Positions 39,513-51,258 of a stretch of 64,000 nucleotides of DNA are shown in pieces. Where the stretch lies: contig NW_003314261.1 in assembly GCF_000143415.4 (NCBI RefSeq), positions 620,001 through 684,000 on the forward strand. Direction: 5' to 3'. The number at the start of each line of letters is the position of its first letter. Within the stretch, counting starts at the first letter, position 1. Source of the stretch: Selaginella moellendorffii (taxonomy: Eukaryota > Plantae > Lycopodiophyta). Made by a program: the position numbers and the translations under genes. Under the pieces are notes generated by a model. The model worked only from the letters and a program-made list of their open reading frames with translations. It ran no database searches and had not been told where the DNA came from.

Positions 39513-41453
39513 ATGGACAGAAGCGCTGTGGTCAGACAGATCGAGTCCTCCAAGACGCTCCGAGCAGCCACCGAGGTCCACTCGCGAATCCGTGCCAAGA
39601 TCAATCCATCCGACGTCTTCGTGCTCAACAAGCTCATCGAGATGTATGGGAAGTGTGGCAGCCCGAGGCACGCACAGCAGGTTTTCGATGGGATCCGGGC
39701 GAAAGATAGCTACACTTGGGTGATGATCATCTCGGCCTACGCGCAGAACCGGCAGCTCCTCGAGGCCAAGCGTCTCTTCGACGAGCTCCCGGAGGAGTGT
39801 CCAGTGGCTTCCAACGTCATGCTGTCGGCCTATGCCCGGGCCGGGTATCTGGAAGCCGCGAAGCTCCTTTTCGATCAAATGCCCGAGAGGACACCGGTCT
39901 CGTGGAGCGCGATGCTATCCGCCTATGCCCAAAATGGGCATCTCAAAGAAGCCGAGGAGATATTTTCTTTTATGCCAGAGAGAACGATCGCGTGTTATAA
40001 TGCGATGCTAGCAGCGTATGCCCAAAGTGGGCTCTTGGAAGACGCAAAACTTACCTTCGATGCCACTCCAGAGAAGAACCTCGTGTCGTGGAATGCTATC
40101 CTAACCGCATATGCCCAAAGTGGGCATTTGCAAGTTGCCGAGTTTCTCTTCGAGCAGATGCCGGCGAGAGATCTTGTGACGTGGACAACACTGCTAACGG
40201 GGCACACACACAGATCCCACTTGGATTCCGCCATGGCGCTGTACGGCGGCATGCCCGAATGGGATCCGTTCTGCTCGACCGCAATGCTAACTGCATATGC
40301 CCAGAATGGGCATCTGGATGGGGCAAAGCGGATTTACGTCCAAATTCCGGAGCAGGACCTAGTGCTCTCTACCGCAATGCTCACTGCGTATGCAAGCAAC
40401 GGAAAATTGGCTTTGGCAAGGCAAACCTTCGATCAAATGGACCAGCGCAACGTAGTCACCTGGAACGCCCTGTTATCAGCATATGCCCAGCTTGGGCATC
40501 TGGATGAGGCGTCAAGGCTCTACGAGAATATGCCCGAGCATAATCTCATATCGACAACGGCTGTGCTCGTGGCTCACGCGGAGGCCGGCCACGTGGAAGA
40601 AGCGAAGCGAATCTTCGACGAGATGCCCCAGCAAAACGTTGTGTGCTGGAACGCGATGCTCGTGGCATATGCCCAGAACGGGCATCTGGAGGAGGCCAAG
40701 CACACGTTTGACGCGATGCCCAATCAGAATTTGGTGACGTGGACGGCCATGGTTGGCGCCTACGTTGGCGGAGGGGCCCTAGACGAGGCCAAGGCGCTCT
40801 TCGACGCGATGCCCGAGAGGAATCTCGTGTCGTGCACGACAATGCTGGCGGCGATGGCGCAGCGCGGCGATGTGCACGCCGCGAGGGCGCTGCTGGATGG
40901 GATGTGGAACCCCGACGTGGTGTGCTGGAGCGCGATGCTGGCCGGCTACGCGCAGAGCGGCCACTCGATCGAGGCGCTGGATCTATTCCATGCGCTTGCG
41001 CCGATCGATGCGCCGGACGAAGCGTGCTTCGTGTCCGTGCTCCTGGCGTGTAGCATCCAGGGCAAGGTCTATGGCGCGCGATCCTACTTCGTGTCCATGG
41101 GCATGGACTATGGATTGCGAGCGAGCAAGCAGCACTACTGCTGCGTGCTGGATCTCTTGGGCAGGGCCGGGCATCTCCGCGACGCGCAGGATCTGATTGG
41201 GAGTATGCCGTTCTCGCCGGATGCGCTGGAGTGGCGATGCTTTCTGGGAGCTTGCCGGAGCTACAAGGACATGGAGAGTGGCGCTAGCGCTGCGCGGCGG
41301 GTGTTTAGCTTGGAGCCCGAGGACTCGGCCTCGTATGTGCTCCTGGCAAACATCTACCGGGGTGATCGCAGTGATCTCTGCGGCGCCATCGTGAGGCCGA
41401 GTGATGGAGAAGGCGGTGGCAGCAAGCTCAACGAGAGTTTGATCGTCACGTAG
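39513..41453 (+). CDS. PLS-class PPR protein with E-type C-terminus, no DYW
   Basis: Intronless; LIEMYGKCG; about 14 ~31-aa repeats (AYAQNGHL..A...F..MP.RN.VSW); HYCCVLDLLGRAG; YVLLANIY. Confidence 0.94.
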   Translation: MDRSAVVRQIESSKTLRAATEVHSRIRAKINPSDVFVLNKLIEMYGKCGSPRHAQQVFDGIRAKDSYTWVMIISAYAQNRQLLEAKRLFDELPEECPVASNVMLSAYARAGYLEAAKLLFDQMPERTPVSWSAMLSAYAQNGHLKEAEEIFSFMPERTIACYNAMLAAYAQSGLLEDAKLTFDATPEKNLVSWNAILTAYAQSGHLQVAEFLFEQMPARDLVTWTTLLTGHTHRSHLDSAMALYGGMPEWDPFCSTAMLTAYAQNGHLDGAKRIYVQIPEQDLVLSTAMLTAYASNGKLALARQTFDQMDQRNVVTWNALLSAYAQLGHLDEASRLYENMPEHNLISTTAVLVAHAEAGHVEEAKRIFDEMPQQNVVCWNAMLVAYAQNGHLEEAKHTFDAMPNQNLVTWTAMVGAYVGGGALDEAKALFDAMPERNLVSCTTMLAAMAQRGDVHAARALLDGMWNPDVVCWSAMLAGYAQSGHSIEALDLFHALAPIDAPDEACFVSVLLACSIQGKVYGARSYFVSMGMDYGLRASKQHYCCVLDLLGRAGHLRDAQDLIGSMPFSPDALEWRCFLGACRSYKDMESGASAARRVFSLEPEDSASYVLLANIYRGDRSDLCGAIVRPSDGEGGGSKLNESLIVT

Positions 41454-41504
41454 CTCGCAAGCTCTTTCTCTTTGCAAAAATGCCCATCACCTTGGGAAAA
41501 CTTT

Positions 41505-43640
41505 CTAGTCCAGCTCTTCGAGTTCCTCAAGTTCTTGGCACTTGGCTTTGAGTTTTCCCAGTTCCTGGCGCTTAGCTCTGAGATCAGCGAGCATCTGCGA
41601 GCTGGAAGAAGTCGCGGGAATCTTGTAAATCTTGCACACAGCCTGGAGTCGTCTCTGGTTATCCTGGATATCTTCGAGCTCTTCTAACACGTCGAGGAAA
41701 TCTCCCTCGTAGACCAGCTTGCGCTCACACATCCCGATCTTCTCTTCTGTGAGTAGCATCTCCAGACCATTGTCGTGATCCTGTGCGAGCTCGACACAGC
41801 CCAAGACATCCTCCCAAGTTTCCGGCCGATCCAAATCCACAGCAGCAACACCCTCCAAGTTCCTGGGCTCGAGCAGCGAGAGATAAGCACTGCCTTGCAC
41901 TGGAACAGCCATCTTACACTGCACAACTCCTGAGAAGAAGAAAAGACTAAGATCTTCTCTCAAACTCTAGCAAAGCTCACCTTGCATGGCTTTGTGAGAA
42001 ACCTTTCCAGATACTTGGTATGGCTGAAACTGGAAGCTCGAGAAAGCGTCCGGAGACACGAGAAACAAGAGTACTATGGTGTCCTCCTCAGTGTAGCTGC
42101 GATCGTACTCGTGCCTCCAACTTCGCAGGGCCTGCATTGCCTTTGCCAGATGCTCCACTGCCGGTTTGCGATCGCGACAAACTGTGGCAACTCCCAGCGT
42201 TCGTGGCAACCACACGAAGCCAAGTCCTGTGCTGTTCTTTCCCAGTGGTCTCCATAGGAACTTTGCTGCATCCATGCCTTGAAGAACGCAAAAAGTTTTG
42301 TAGAATCATAGCGAGAAGAAACAAAGAGCGTTATACCAGCTCCGAGCAATGCATCCTCGAGATCTCCTTCGTAGTAACGCAGCAAGAGAGGCTCCACCAC
42401 CTCGGGAGCACCATCGCAGCGTTCACAGCGAAACCTCGTGGACGTAACTTTCGCTTGTACACACTTGGTATGGTACCAGCCGAGACAAGCCCCGCATTGA
42501 ATCCTTCCGGTGGCACGCTCCACAGCAAGCTGAATCGCTCTGCAAGCACGACCAAGTGAGAAGAAGTCCAGCCAAGATCACAAGAACTTCCGCCGGCAAG
42601 GCCATGATGTTGCGCTGGAGAGCCTGGCGGAGCACGTACTGCTCGAAGACGAAGCCCCGCAAGCTCGCGTACTCCTTGAACATCCGAGTAGCCTCAAGAA
42701 ACCTTCCGAGCTTCCCCACGTTCGTAGCGCTACACAGGTACTGCGCAAACATGCTCGCCACCTTGTCCGAGCAAAACGTATACTGGAACCGGCTGAAAGA
42801 TCCGGGCCTCAACACGAAATGGAATAGCCTCCACGATACGTTCTGCGAACTTCCATGGTTTTCCAAGATGGCTGCCACATTCTTGAGCTTCGTGCTCGAA
42901 AGGCACTTGGTAACATCCGAAGCAAAGTCCTCCTCGGTGAGAGTTTCAACCTCGTGATCCCAGAGAAGCCGAGGGACGCCTCCAAACCACTCGAACGCTA
43001 AGTTGGCGGCGGCCACTCTTTGGTACGCGTGAGCTGCTCTCGCGGACGGGCTCCCATCCGGTAGCCGGGGCATCGAATCGGCCCTCCTCTTCCAGCTTTC
43101 CACGAGAGCATCAAACTCTCTCTTGTTCCAAACCGGGAGATAGCGAGTGTAAGTCATGCGGAGCTTCCTCGCGATCTTTGTGTTGCTCTCGTCTGGAGAG
43201 CCCGCAAGGAGTGCTCGAGCGCCGAGCGTCCTGCCGGACGAAATCTTCTGATCGATCAGATGGTAGTCGACACTGGGCGATTCGATGAGGTGGAGAGGAT
43301 AGTCTTGCTTGGCGATGTGCTTGAGAGAGCGGCCTCGAAACTCCCAGATGAAAGTCTCGGACTCGTACAGGATGAGCGAGCCCGGCTTGTCGATGCCCGT
43401 CCTGATGATGAAGTACCACAGGAAGGCCGATTTGCCCACGCCGGAGTTGCCATTCAAGAGGCACAGAGAGCAGTCCTCGATCGCCAGCGTTTCTACGATA
43501 TCCTGGTAGAGCGCATTGAAAACCTCCCGAACATAGAGCGCATCCATCCTCTTGTGCAAAGAAACCACGTCCGGCAGCGCCAGAAATCTCCCAGCCGCGT
43601 AGGAATCACGGCCTCCAAAGCACGCGCGCGCCCCCACCAT
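41505..43640 (-). CDS. Crinkler/RHS-type P-loop NTPase + PHD-like finger + degenerate REase-like domain + SAP-like/coiled-coil tail (4 predicted exons)
   Basis: LYVR, Walker A GNSGVGKS, YHLID, LAGSP, YLPVW..RE, FGGVPR, LRGFVFEQY; IQCGACLGWYHTKC...CERC; WRPLGKN...LFLVSPDAF..F.FQPY...VVQ. Predicted introns 42530-42587, 42278-42336 and 41930-41980 join the ORFs in frame. Confidence 0.75.
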
Positions 43641-44899
43641 CGTGATTAAACCCCTATTTTAAGGGTTAAGTGTTTTACTTTTAATTAGATGTTAATCATG
43701 CTTTAAGAAGGTTGCAGAGATAACGTAGTTGTCACTCTGGTGTATCCACCAGCACGTTCAATGATCTTAGCCTTGTCTAAGACGCTCAAGTTTGTGATCA
43801 ATCTTGGAATACAAGACTTTTCCCCTCAATTTAAAGAAAATGAAGATCTTGTTTTTGATGCTTTCACATTTTGTAAAGAGAAATGAGTTGCTTTGTGAAA
43901 ATCTTTCAAGTTCTGCTCACACTGTGCAAAACTCCAAAAACTTCCTGGATTCATCCTGCGCAAAAACTTCGATAACCTCCTAGATATAGAGCATATCCAT
44001 CCTCTTGGCAAGGAAACCACCTCTAGCACCCAGATTACATCATTTATCTTTATATATTTAAAAGAGCAGGGTTTTATATTCCAATCAAGAATGTGAATGG
44101 TTAGGATGCCAAAGTCAAGTTCTAAATTATAGACACACCCTCTACTTGGGCTTCTCATAAACCCCTTAAACGTCTGCCATTTTAAACTTCTCAAATCCAA
44201 AACGGCACCAATCTTCCTCTTCATGTAGTATAGTAACATTAAGTTGCGGAATTTGGTACTATTTTGGACGCAGGGGTTTGGTCTTCTTGAGTTCAATCAG
44301 GTTGTAAAATGAACCACAAGATAAGCTATATATTAATATAATGTAAGATTTCTATCATAAAGAGAACTGTATCACTGTATAACTGAAAAAGCAATTGAGC
44401 CAATTCTTATAAGGTTAGAATTTTAGTTTTTGTTTAGCAACAATGTCATTGCTTTTCTCAAGAAATGGGAAAAACATCCAGTAAGTTGGTCCTATTTCTT
44501 TTTTTTGCTGATATCAAATTTGTATAGCAAAATACCTCTATTACTGAGGCAATTATTCTTTGTACACTTCTTTTGTTGGAAATAGTTCCATTCTAATTTT
44601 AGAATATATAAGAAAGCTTTTTAGTTTTTATTTTCATTCCTAAGTTGAAATCTGGCAACATCCACCTCTTTCCCAGCAAGCAATCTATTTAATTTCAGAA
44701 TTTAATTAGGAAAATTTCTCAATGATTCCAAGATTGGAAGTTAGTAGTGAGAATGCTAAAGGGGCAAAAGTCTAATTCGAGGAAATAAAAATTATGCTTT
44801 CAAGAACAAAAGCTAAATGTTATTTTCCAAGGTAGTCTCTCAAATCTTTTTGCACTAAGAACATAGGGTAAGCAAAGTTGAGTTTTGCAAAACATGCAT

Positions 44900-46690
44900 T
44901 AAATAAATACATGTCCCTCCTACATCCCCTTCAAATAAATCAAAATATTATCAATGAAATCAATAATTACTTCTAATATATCATAACAAACTTCATTCAT
45001 CATTTGTTGGAAAGTCTCTAAAACATTTTTTAAACCAAATGGCATCACCAAGAATTTATACAAACCAAATGGTGTACAAAAAGCAAATATTGGGAATATC
45101 TTTTTCGACCATTAACATTTACCAATATCTAAAAGTAAGATTTAACTTAGTAATCAGTAGTGTAAAGAAAAGGGTATACATTTGGGATCGTTACTTTGTT
45201 TAATAAACGTAGTTAATGCATAAATGAATACTCCCATTTAACTTCATAAAATGAGGTTCACATGCTTAAGAATCTCTCAACTTTCGGATAACACTCTTTT
45301 CCAACATCTCTTTAATATTTATATATAAAATCTTGATCTTTTCTTATGACCAACAATGAACAAAAACCTTGATTAGATGAATATCTTTAGTTGAAATAGA
45401 ATGATGTATTACAATCTTAACACCAAATGACAAATCAAATTCAAAGAGATTGGCATACTCCTTCATGAACCAATCAACTATTACAACATAAAAGCCATTA
45501 AAAGGATTTGAAGAGGGAATAGAGGAACAAAATAAAAATATAGAAGAAAGTAATAGAAATATAAAAGGGATGGAAGTTAGATAGAAGCAAAAGACAAAAA
45601 GAAACACAAATGAAATGAATAAAAGAAATATAAAGAAATATAAAACAAAAGGGAGAAACTTTAGAGTCACATTTAACATAATTGTGCCACAACCAATCCA
45701 TATAGGATAAAGTTAAAACTTGATTCAACACCATTTGCAACAATTGTACTCAAGTTTAAAATCATCCATATGCACAATTAAGTTTACTTTATCCTATACA
45801 TATATGTGTGTATAACTATTGTTATAAAGAATGAAAACTTGCTCTGCCACATGACATAAATGTAAATGGCAACGTATTGCAATAGGTTGAGCAATAAAAG
45901 ATAAACTTAAACCTGTAACCACCAATATAAAGAGAATAACAAGAAACCTCTTATTATAAAAATGAGCTTGGAAAATAAAATGGATGAATTACTGTTGAGT
46001 GAACCTCTTGATGATACTCTTAAAAAAAAATAGAAGGGTCACTAACTTATTCACACAAAAAGCATCGGCTACTTGTGTGATTTCTTATTTCCTAGAAGCA
46101 TCTTAGTGTTTAAACCTTTCACTACAATAGCACCAACAAAACATTATTAACACTAAAGTCTTCATATAAGAAATGAAAGTTATCAATCCAAAAAACACCA
46201 ACAATGCCAATAAGTATGACCAACTTTATCATGCACCTAACAATGTACATCACGGCCATGACTACATCCTTATCTTTGTTTTTTAACTCGGGCAATAATA
46301 GCATTAACCTTCATTAAAACAAAACTATCTTTTATAGAAAGTGGAGTTGAAAGACGTGTAGCAAAAAGTGGAAGAGGCAATGTCTTATAATATTGTGCTA
46401 AGCAAAAAGTATTATCAAAGGTGGCTAAAGTATATGTATACATAAGTCTTACAAAATCTTCACAAAGTGTTAGTTATAACATTTTTAATTTGATCCACTT
46501 TAACATATTTAGCTCCACACGAAGCAAGAGGCTCCAGAAACGAATACTAAATTGCATCACTAATTTAGATAAATCTTGAAAAAAATAATGTAATTGTTGA
46601 AAAGCATTATCATAAATCATTAGCAAAATGCACATTTGAAGACACCTGAAAGAATGTTTCAATTCACACGAGTGGTTGCACTCAAACCCA
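44900..46690 (-). mobile_element. Truncated, heavily eroded second copy of the gypsy element (gag-PR-RT part)
   Basis: Colinear with ~11200-13030 (e.g. 45961 AATGAGCTTGGAAA = 12301; 46201 = ~12545) but much more AT-rich; no LTRs seen. Confidence 0.88.
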
Positions 46691-46699
46691 TTACTGAAA

Positions 46700-47215
46700 A
46701 AGAGGGCAACAATACCTGTGTTCTTATCTCCTGGAAACTTCAAATCGCTGCTCGTATTGGAGTAAGAGAAGTCAACTCCTGCGAGAGACTCCAATGAACA
46801 AGACATTGCGACTGTACGCAAAGCAAAAACACGAGAAAAGAGAAATTTTGAAGCTCAAGGAAACTCACCTATCCTTCCAGGAAACTTTGTTAGGGGAGAG
46901 TCCCCATTTGGTGATGCGATGTGGCCCAAGCTCTCGAATGATCAAGGAGCAACTGGGACCTGCGAGGAAAAAATACTGTAAATAAAGACATGAAAGACTT
47001 AGAATTCCATTAAGCCATAGAAGACGAAGGATCGTACATGGCCTGGGTGAACTAGCGAAGAGAGCTCTCCCAGCGCTTTGATTCACGGTCATATAAATTC
47101 GCCAAGAACACGATGGCAGCGGCATTTCTCCACCCGATAATCCACTGTATAGCAGCCGATCAATGAATCCTTCTGCCCCATTTGATAGTGCGATCGACGA
47201 GATAACGCCAACGCT
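46700..47215 (-). pseudogene. Duplicated 5' fragment of the SCPL gene (copy of ~20205-20910) with deletions
   Basis: Shares [42 protein letters not shown], the introns and the upstream flank. Confidence 0.9.
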
Positions 47216-47275
47216 GGCATATGATTGCCTTTTCTTCGTCGCCTTATTCTCTCGGCCCGAGAGAAAAGTTGGTCA

Positions 47276-48263
47276 ATGAAGAGCAGAGCTAGGGGAGCAC
47301 CAAGACGAAGACGAGGGCGGCCAAGGTCCATCGTTTGCGCAAGGAGTGCGTGCTCTTACTCACAAGCCCAACCTGGACAGCCTCAGGAAACCTGCGCAAG
47401 TGGCCCCTGCTGGCCTGGTACCCAGACGAGGAGCTGGTCGCCGTGGTGTCCACCTTGCCACTACACCCCCATGTCCTCGTCGCCCTCGGGCCTCATCTGC
47501 GGCCCGTGCTTGCGTGCAACCCGGTCCTCGCTGCGGAAGAATCCGAGCAGTACTGGTCATACCGACACGGCCAGACGAGGTTGCAAGAGCGAGGCGACGA
47601 TAGCCGGCTCTGGGTCCACATCCTCCACACAAACATTGGTGAGCGTGGCCGCCACCACCTTCACACCTTCGACTCGGGAGGTGGCGTCGCGGGTGCCGAG
47701 AGACATGCCTCCCACGGGAGGCCTCGCTGGTGAGTTTGTTTTCTGGGATGGCGGGCTCAAAGGCCTACGACTGGAGCAGCGGCGAGTGGAGTGGGATCGG
47801 CATCTCTGAGCAAGGCAAACTAAACTTGCTAGTGTTTCCAAAGCCGGAGGAGTTGGCCGGCTACACTTACTGCCGTGCGTTTCCGTTCCGCTGTGGGCCG
47901 AGGATCATGGTGGCCGCGCTGTGCTGCATTGACAACACCGCACTTTTAAGCAGGCGGATGGATGATGGGGGGCTGGTGCTACTGGAGGTCGACCACGAGA
48001 GTGGGCTCTTGAAGGCGATAAGTGGTGTGGTGGTGAAGCAGCTTCACGACTTTCATGGGAGCAATTCTGATTACCACCTGCCATGGGTTGTCATGGGTGT
48101 CAACCTACTTGTTTTCCTGGAGGATTTTTACTTCTTACGGCCTGTGGCTTTCGACATCAGGTGTCAATGTGTGGCTGGAATTCCCAAGAAGCTATGGCTG
48201 CGTCCAACCGTGTTGCATCCCTTTAGCTTCGCAATAGCGGAGCTTGGTTGGCTGCTCCTGTAA
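47276..48263 (+). pseudogene. Frameshifted F-box-associated/kelch-like beta-propeller remnant (tentative)
   Basis: GC-rich coding-like sequence with SPSGLIC, VLACNP, AYDWSSGEW, PVAFDI, PFSF motifs typical of plant F-box propeller tails, spread over different frames. Confidence 0.4.
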
Positions 48264-48299
48264 CTGTAATAAAACTATACTTCAATTTAGCAAGCTTGA

Positions 48300-48600
48300 T
48301 TTGCCAAGTTCCATAGAGATACAAAAACCACACCAAATGAAGTGTTGATCATGCCTTTGATAAACTATATATTGGTTCCCATCGTCACTGCCGGTCCAAT
48401 GATCCCACGTTCTTGAAAATGTCGAAGCAGCTCGAATTTGTGATCCAAACTGCATTTGACCCATGCATAAGCTGTGAAATGATCAAGAGCATCAGGAAAC
48501 TTTGAAACCTTGAGATGGGGAGATGCTGGTTTTGAGGAAGTTATACTGTTGAGCTTCCACATTTTGCAAAGACAACTCAATCAATCTTCTGCAAAAATCT
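48300..48600 (-). pseudogene. Tandem degenerate duplicate of the last exons of the alliinase/TAR gene
   Basis: Matches ~48760-49135 (CKMWKLNSITSS vs CNMWKLNSVTSS; AYAWVKC; GIIG). Confidence 0.8.
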
Positions 48601-48745
48601 TCTATCATCCAGGAAGTGAGAGATATGCTATAAAACTGGACTAATGTTAATTGATATTCATACTAGTGACATCGTATTTATGTCTTTAAGGGGCAAATCA
48701 AGCCATAATAGCTTGCTACTTCAATAAGTAATTGAAGTATGATTT

Positions 48746-50672
48746 CTATAGTATGGCTGTACGATCAATGAAGTGTTGGAGAAATTTGTTGAGATGCTCC
48801 ATGAAGTTGTCAAAGTCATCGTTGCCAATGAGGAGTGCAAATCTAACGTAAGAATTATCTCGCTCATCGTCATATCCACCAGCGCGTCCGATGATCCCTG
48901 CGTTCTTGAAAACGTTGAAGCAGCTCGAGTTCATGATCAAGCCTGGATCTTCACATTTGACCCATGCATAAGCTGCGAAATTATCAAAAACATTAAGAAA
49001 CTCTGAACTGAAGATCTGTTTTTGAAGCTCTTAGTTACCTGGAGATGGCGAGATAATAGCTTTGAAGAAGTTACACTGTTGAGCTTCCACATATTGCAAA
49101 GAGAACTGCATCGACCTTGCAAAAATCTTTTCGAGTTTCTGCCATCGAGAATTCATGACTGATTGTGCAAAGTGAAAAATATGCTGCGACTTTGCATAAA
49201 CTTGAGGATCTCGCGCTCCTGTTTTGGCTCCAGTAGTTGAGTAGCCTTCCAGAACAGCTCTCAGCAGCCGCGATGCTCGAAGCTGTGTGTCATGAGAAAC
49301 ACCATTTGTGTTTAGCAACACATATTGTGAGAGTCTAGCATAAACTTTTGGATCCTTGACAATCGCCCAGCTGCAAGAAAATACATAGAGATCTTATCAA
49401 ACAAGAAAAGAGAACAAAAAACTGAAGACCAACAACAAAACCACCAAGAACAAGTACAGCAGACTCAAGTGATTACAAGGATGAAGAACTCTAACAAGAA
49501 AGACGAGGAAAAGGTCAAATAAGTTTACCCGAGCCTGCTTCCTGCGTGTCCGGTGAGCTTGGAGAGAGTGAAGAGCATAACATCGTCGTCCATGGCCTTG
49601 AAAATGGGAGAGTAGTGCGGCCAGTAGTAAGCTCGATCGAAAACCGTGAACGATCCATTAAACTTGAGCTCGGGCTCTTTCATGCTCGCGTCCGGATTGT
49701 TTGGAGCCGCCACAAACTCGATAAAAGTTGAGCCAGTGTTTGCAAACTTTTTGGCAGCGATGGATGGCTCGCCACCCCAAATGTATTGCGTGGAAGCGAA
49801 GAACTCCGTTTGCATTTGGTACGCCTTACAGAAAAATAAAAAAAGTTTGAGAAAGAGTTGTCCAGGACATCTTACCTGGTAGTATGGAGCTCGTGACACG
49901 ACGATCGCTGGTGGTGATTTTGGAAGGGTGTTTGAGGCAATTGGAGCTAGGCTAGCGACAGCAGCGTTGATGAGCTCCATGGATCCAGTCCCAATCACGA
50001 TGAACTTGTCTTTGATCACGGCATTTCCCACGAACTCGTGGACTTGCCGGATGAGCCTCTCCAGCTCCAGCGTGATCTTCCTCCCCTCCCCCGTGGCCTC
50101 GGTGAAGTAGCTCATCCGGTGAACTGGCGGGATCACTACTGCTCCAGCCTCGGCATTCGCGTCCCAAAAGGGCTCCAAGAACATTGGATCACCACTGTCA
50201 ATACCGTGATCAAGCTTGGAACTTAGTTTTCGACTCTAGAGACTTTGAAAGTTTGGTGTGTGATCTTGAAAGCGTACCTATCGACTGTTGCGTTGCAATT
50301 TTTTATCTTGCTCGAGCAATCTGTCCCAGCGAAGCACCTGTTACACTCGCACGAAGGCTCTCCATTTGCCGCAAGGATGGTGTCCACGAATACTCGTCCA
50401 TGGCCCGAGCAAGGAATTGCCGCGGCTTTCTCGGCCTCGGCGGATGCCTTGCTCGTCCAGTGATAATCTCTGGAAGATCTTAAAACACCAGCAGATCGTC
50501 CAAGGTGGAAGAACTCTGATTGAAGGAAGAACACCGCGATTGCGAAAGCCAGGAGGAGATTGAGCAGCAAAGAGAGGAGAAGCGCTTGCTTTGAAACGAC
50601 CCATGGATGACTTGTGCTGCTGACGTAATGGAGGAGAGGCTTCTCCTCATCTCTTGGAGCTCCAGCAGCCAT
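48746..50672 (-). CDS. Alliinase/tryptophan aminotransferase-related protein with EGF-like domain (TAR3/4-like), multi-exon
   Basis: TM anchor, CSGHGRVFVD...CECNRCFAGTDCS, GDPMFLEPFW, APNNPD, DRAYYWPHYSPI, FTLSKLTGHAGSRLG (PLP Lys), YVRFALL. Confidence 0.93.
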
Positions 50673-50779
50673 AGCCACTGAAAGAAAACCCCTACAGTAC
50701 ACAACGTACAAAAACTTTAATATAATCAGAGAATATTAATGTTGGGCCCTAGAGAATTATATTCCGTTGCAGGGAATCG

Positions 50780-50910
50780 AAACCGGGTCTCTCGGATTAG
50801 TATTAGAGGCCTCTGTGCAATGCCCATTCGGGGCAAATGCTGCGATCATAGAAGGCCAGGAGACGAGATCCCTATCCTTGTTCTTGACGAAGATCTCTTT
50901 AGCACGATCA
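50780..50910 (-). pseudogene. Isolated single PPR-motif remnant
   Basis: RAKEIFVKNKDRDLVSWPSMIAAFAPNGHCTEA resembles one PLS repeat; no flanking repeats. Confidence 0.55.
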
Positions 50911-51258
50911 ATAGGTCGTAGGCCCTTGTACATGTTAAGGAAAGGGTATTTTCCAGCACTATTCCATCTCAACCGCCGCCGCAGCAAGCACAATGACTGG
51001 CCCACGTGCCGCGAGCCGGGCCGTGGGATGCGGTGCATCCGACGGCTGTTGTTACTTGCTTTCCGCGCATTTCTCTTTCGCGCTTTCCTTGGTAGCTTCT
51101 CCCGACACGGGCGTTTATCGTCTTCCTGGGGCGCCTTCCCGGAAGAAAATGTGATCCGTTCGAGGCGCGCGAGCTATGCCGCTCCATCCCCGGTAAGGAT
51201 CTTTGGCGGAGGCTAGGGTTTTGGATCGAGAGGGTTTGATCCGGCGAGAGAGAGAGAG

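Noticed and set aside
43826-44296. 156-aa AT-rich ORF upstream of the CRN-like gene as its N-terminal header exon
   Set aside because: It ends in a stop, has no convincing splice link, and a telo-box-like motif lies directly before the 43640 ATG; family not recognisable.
45344-45679. Hydrophobic 111-aa membrane-protein-like ORF
   Set aside because: Eroded gypsy pol sequence homologous to ~11700-12010.
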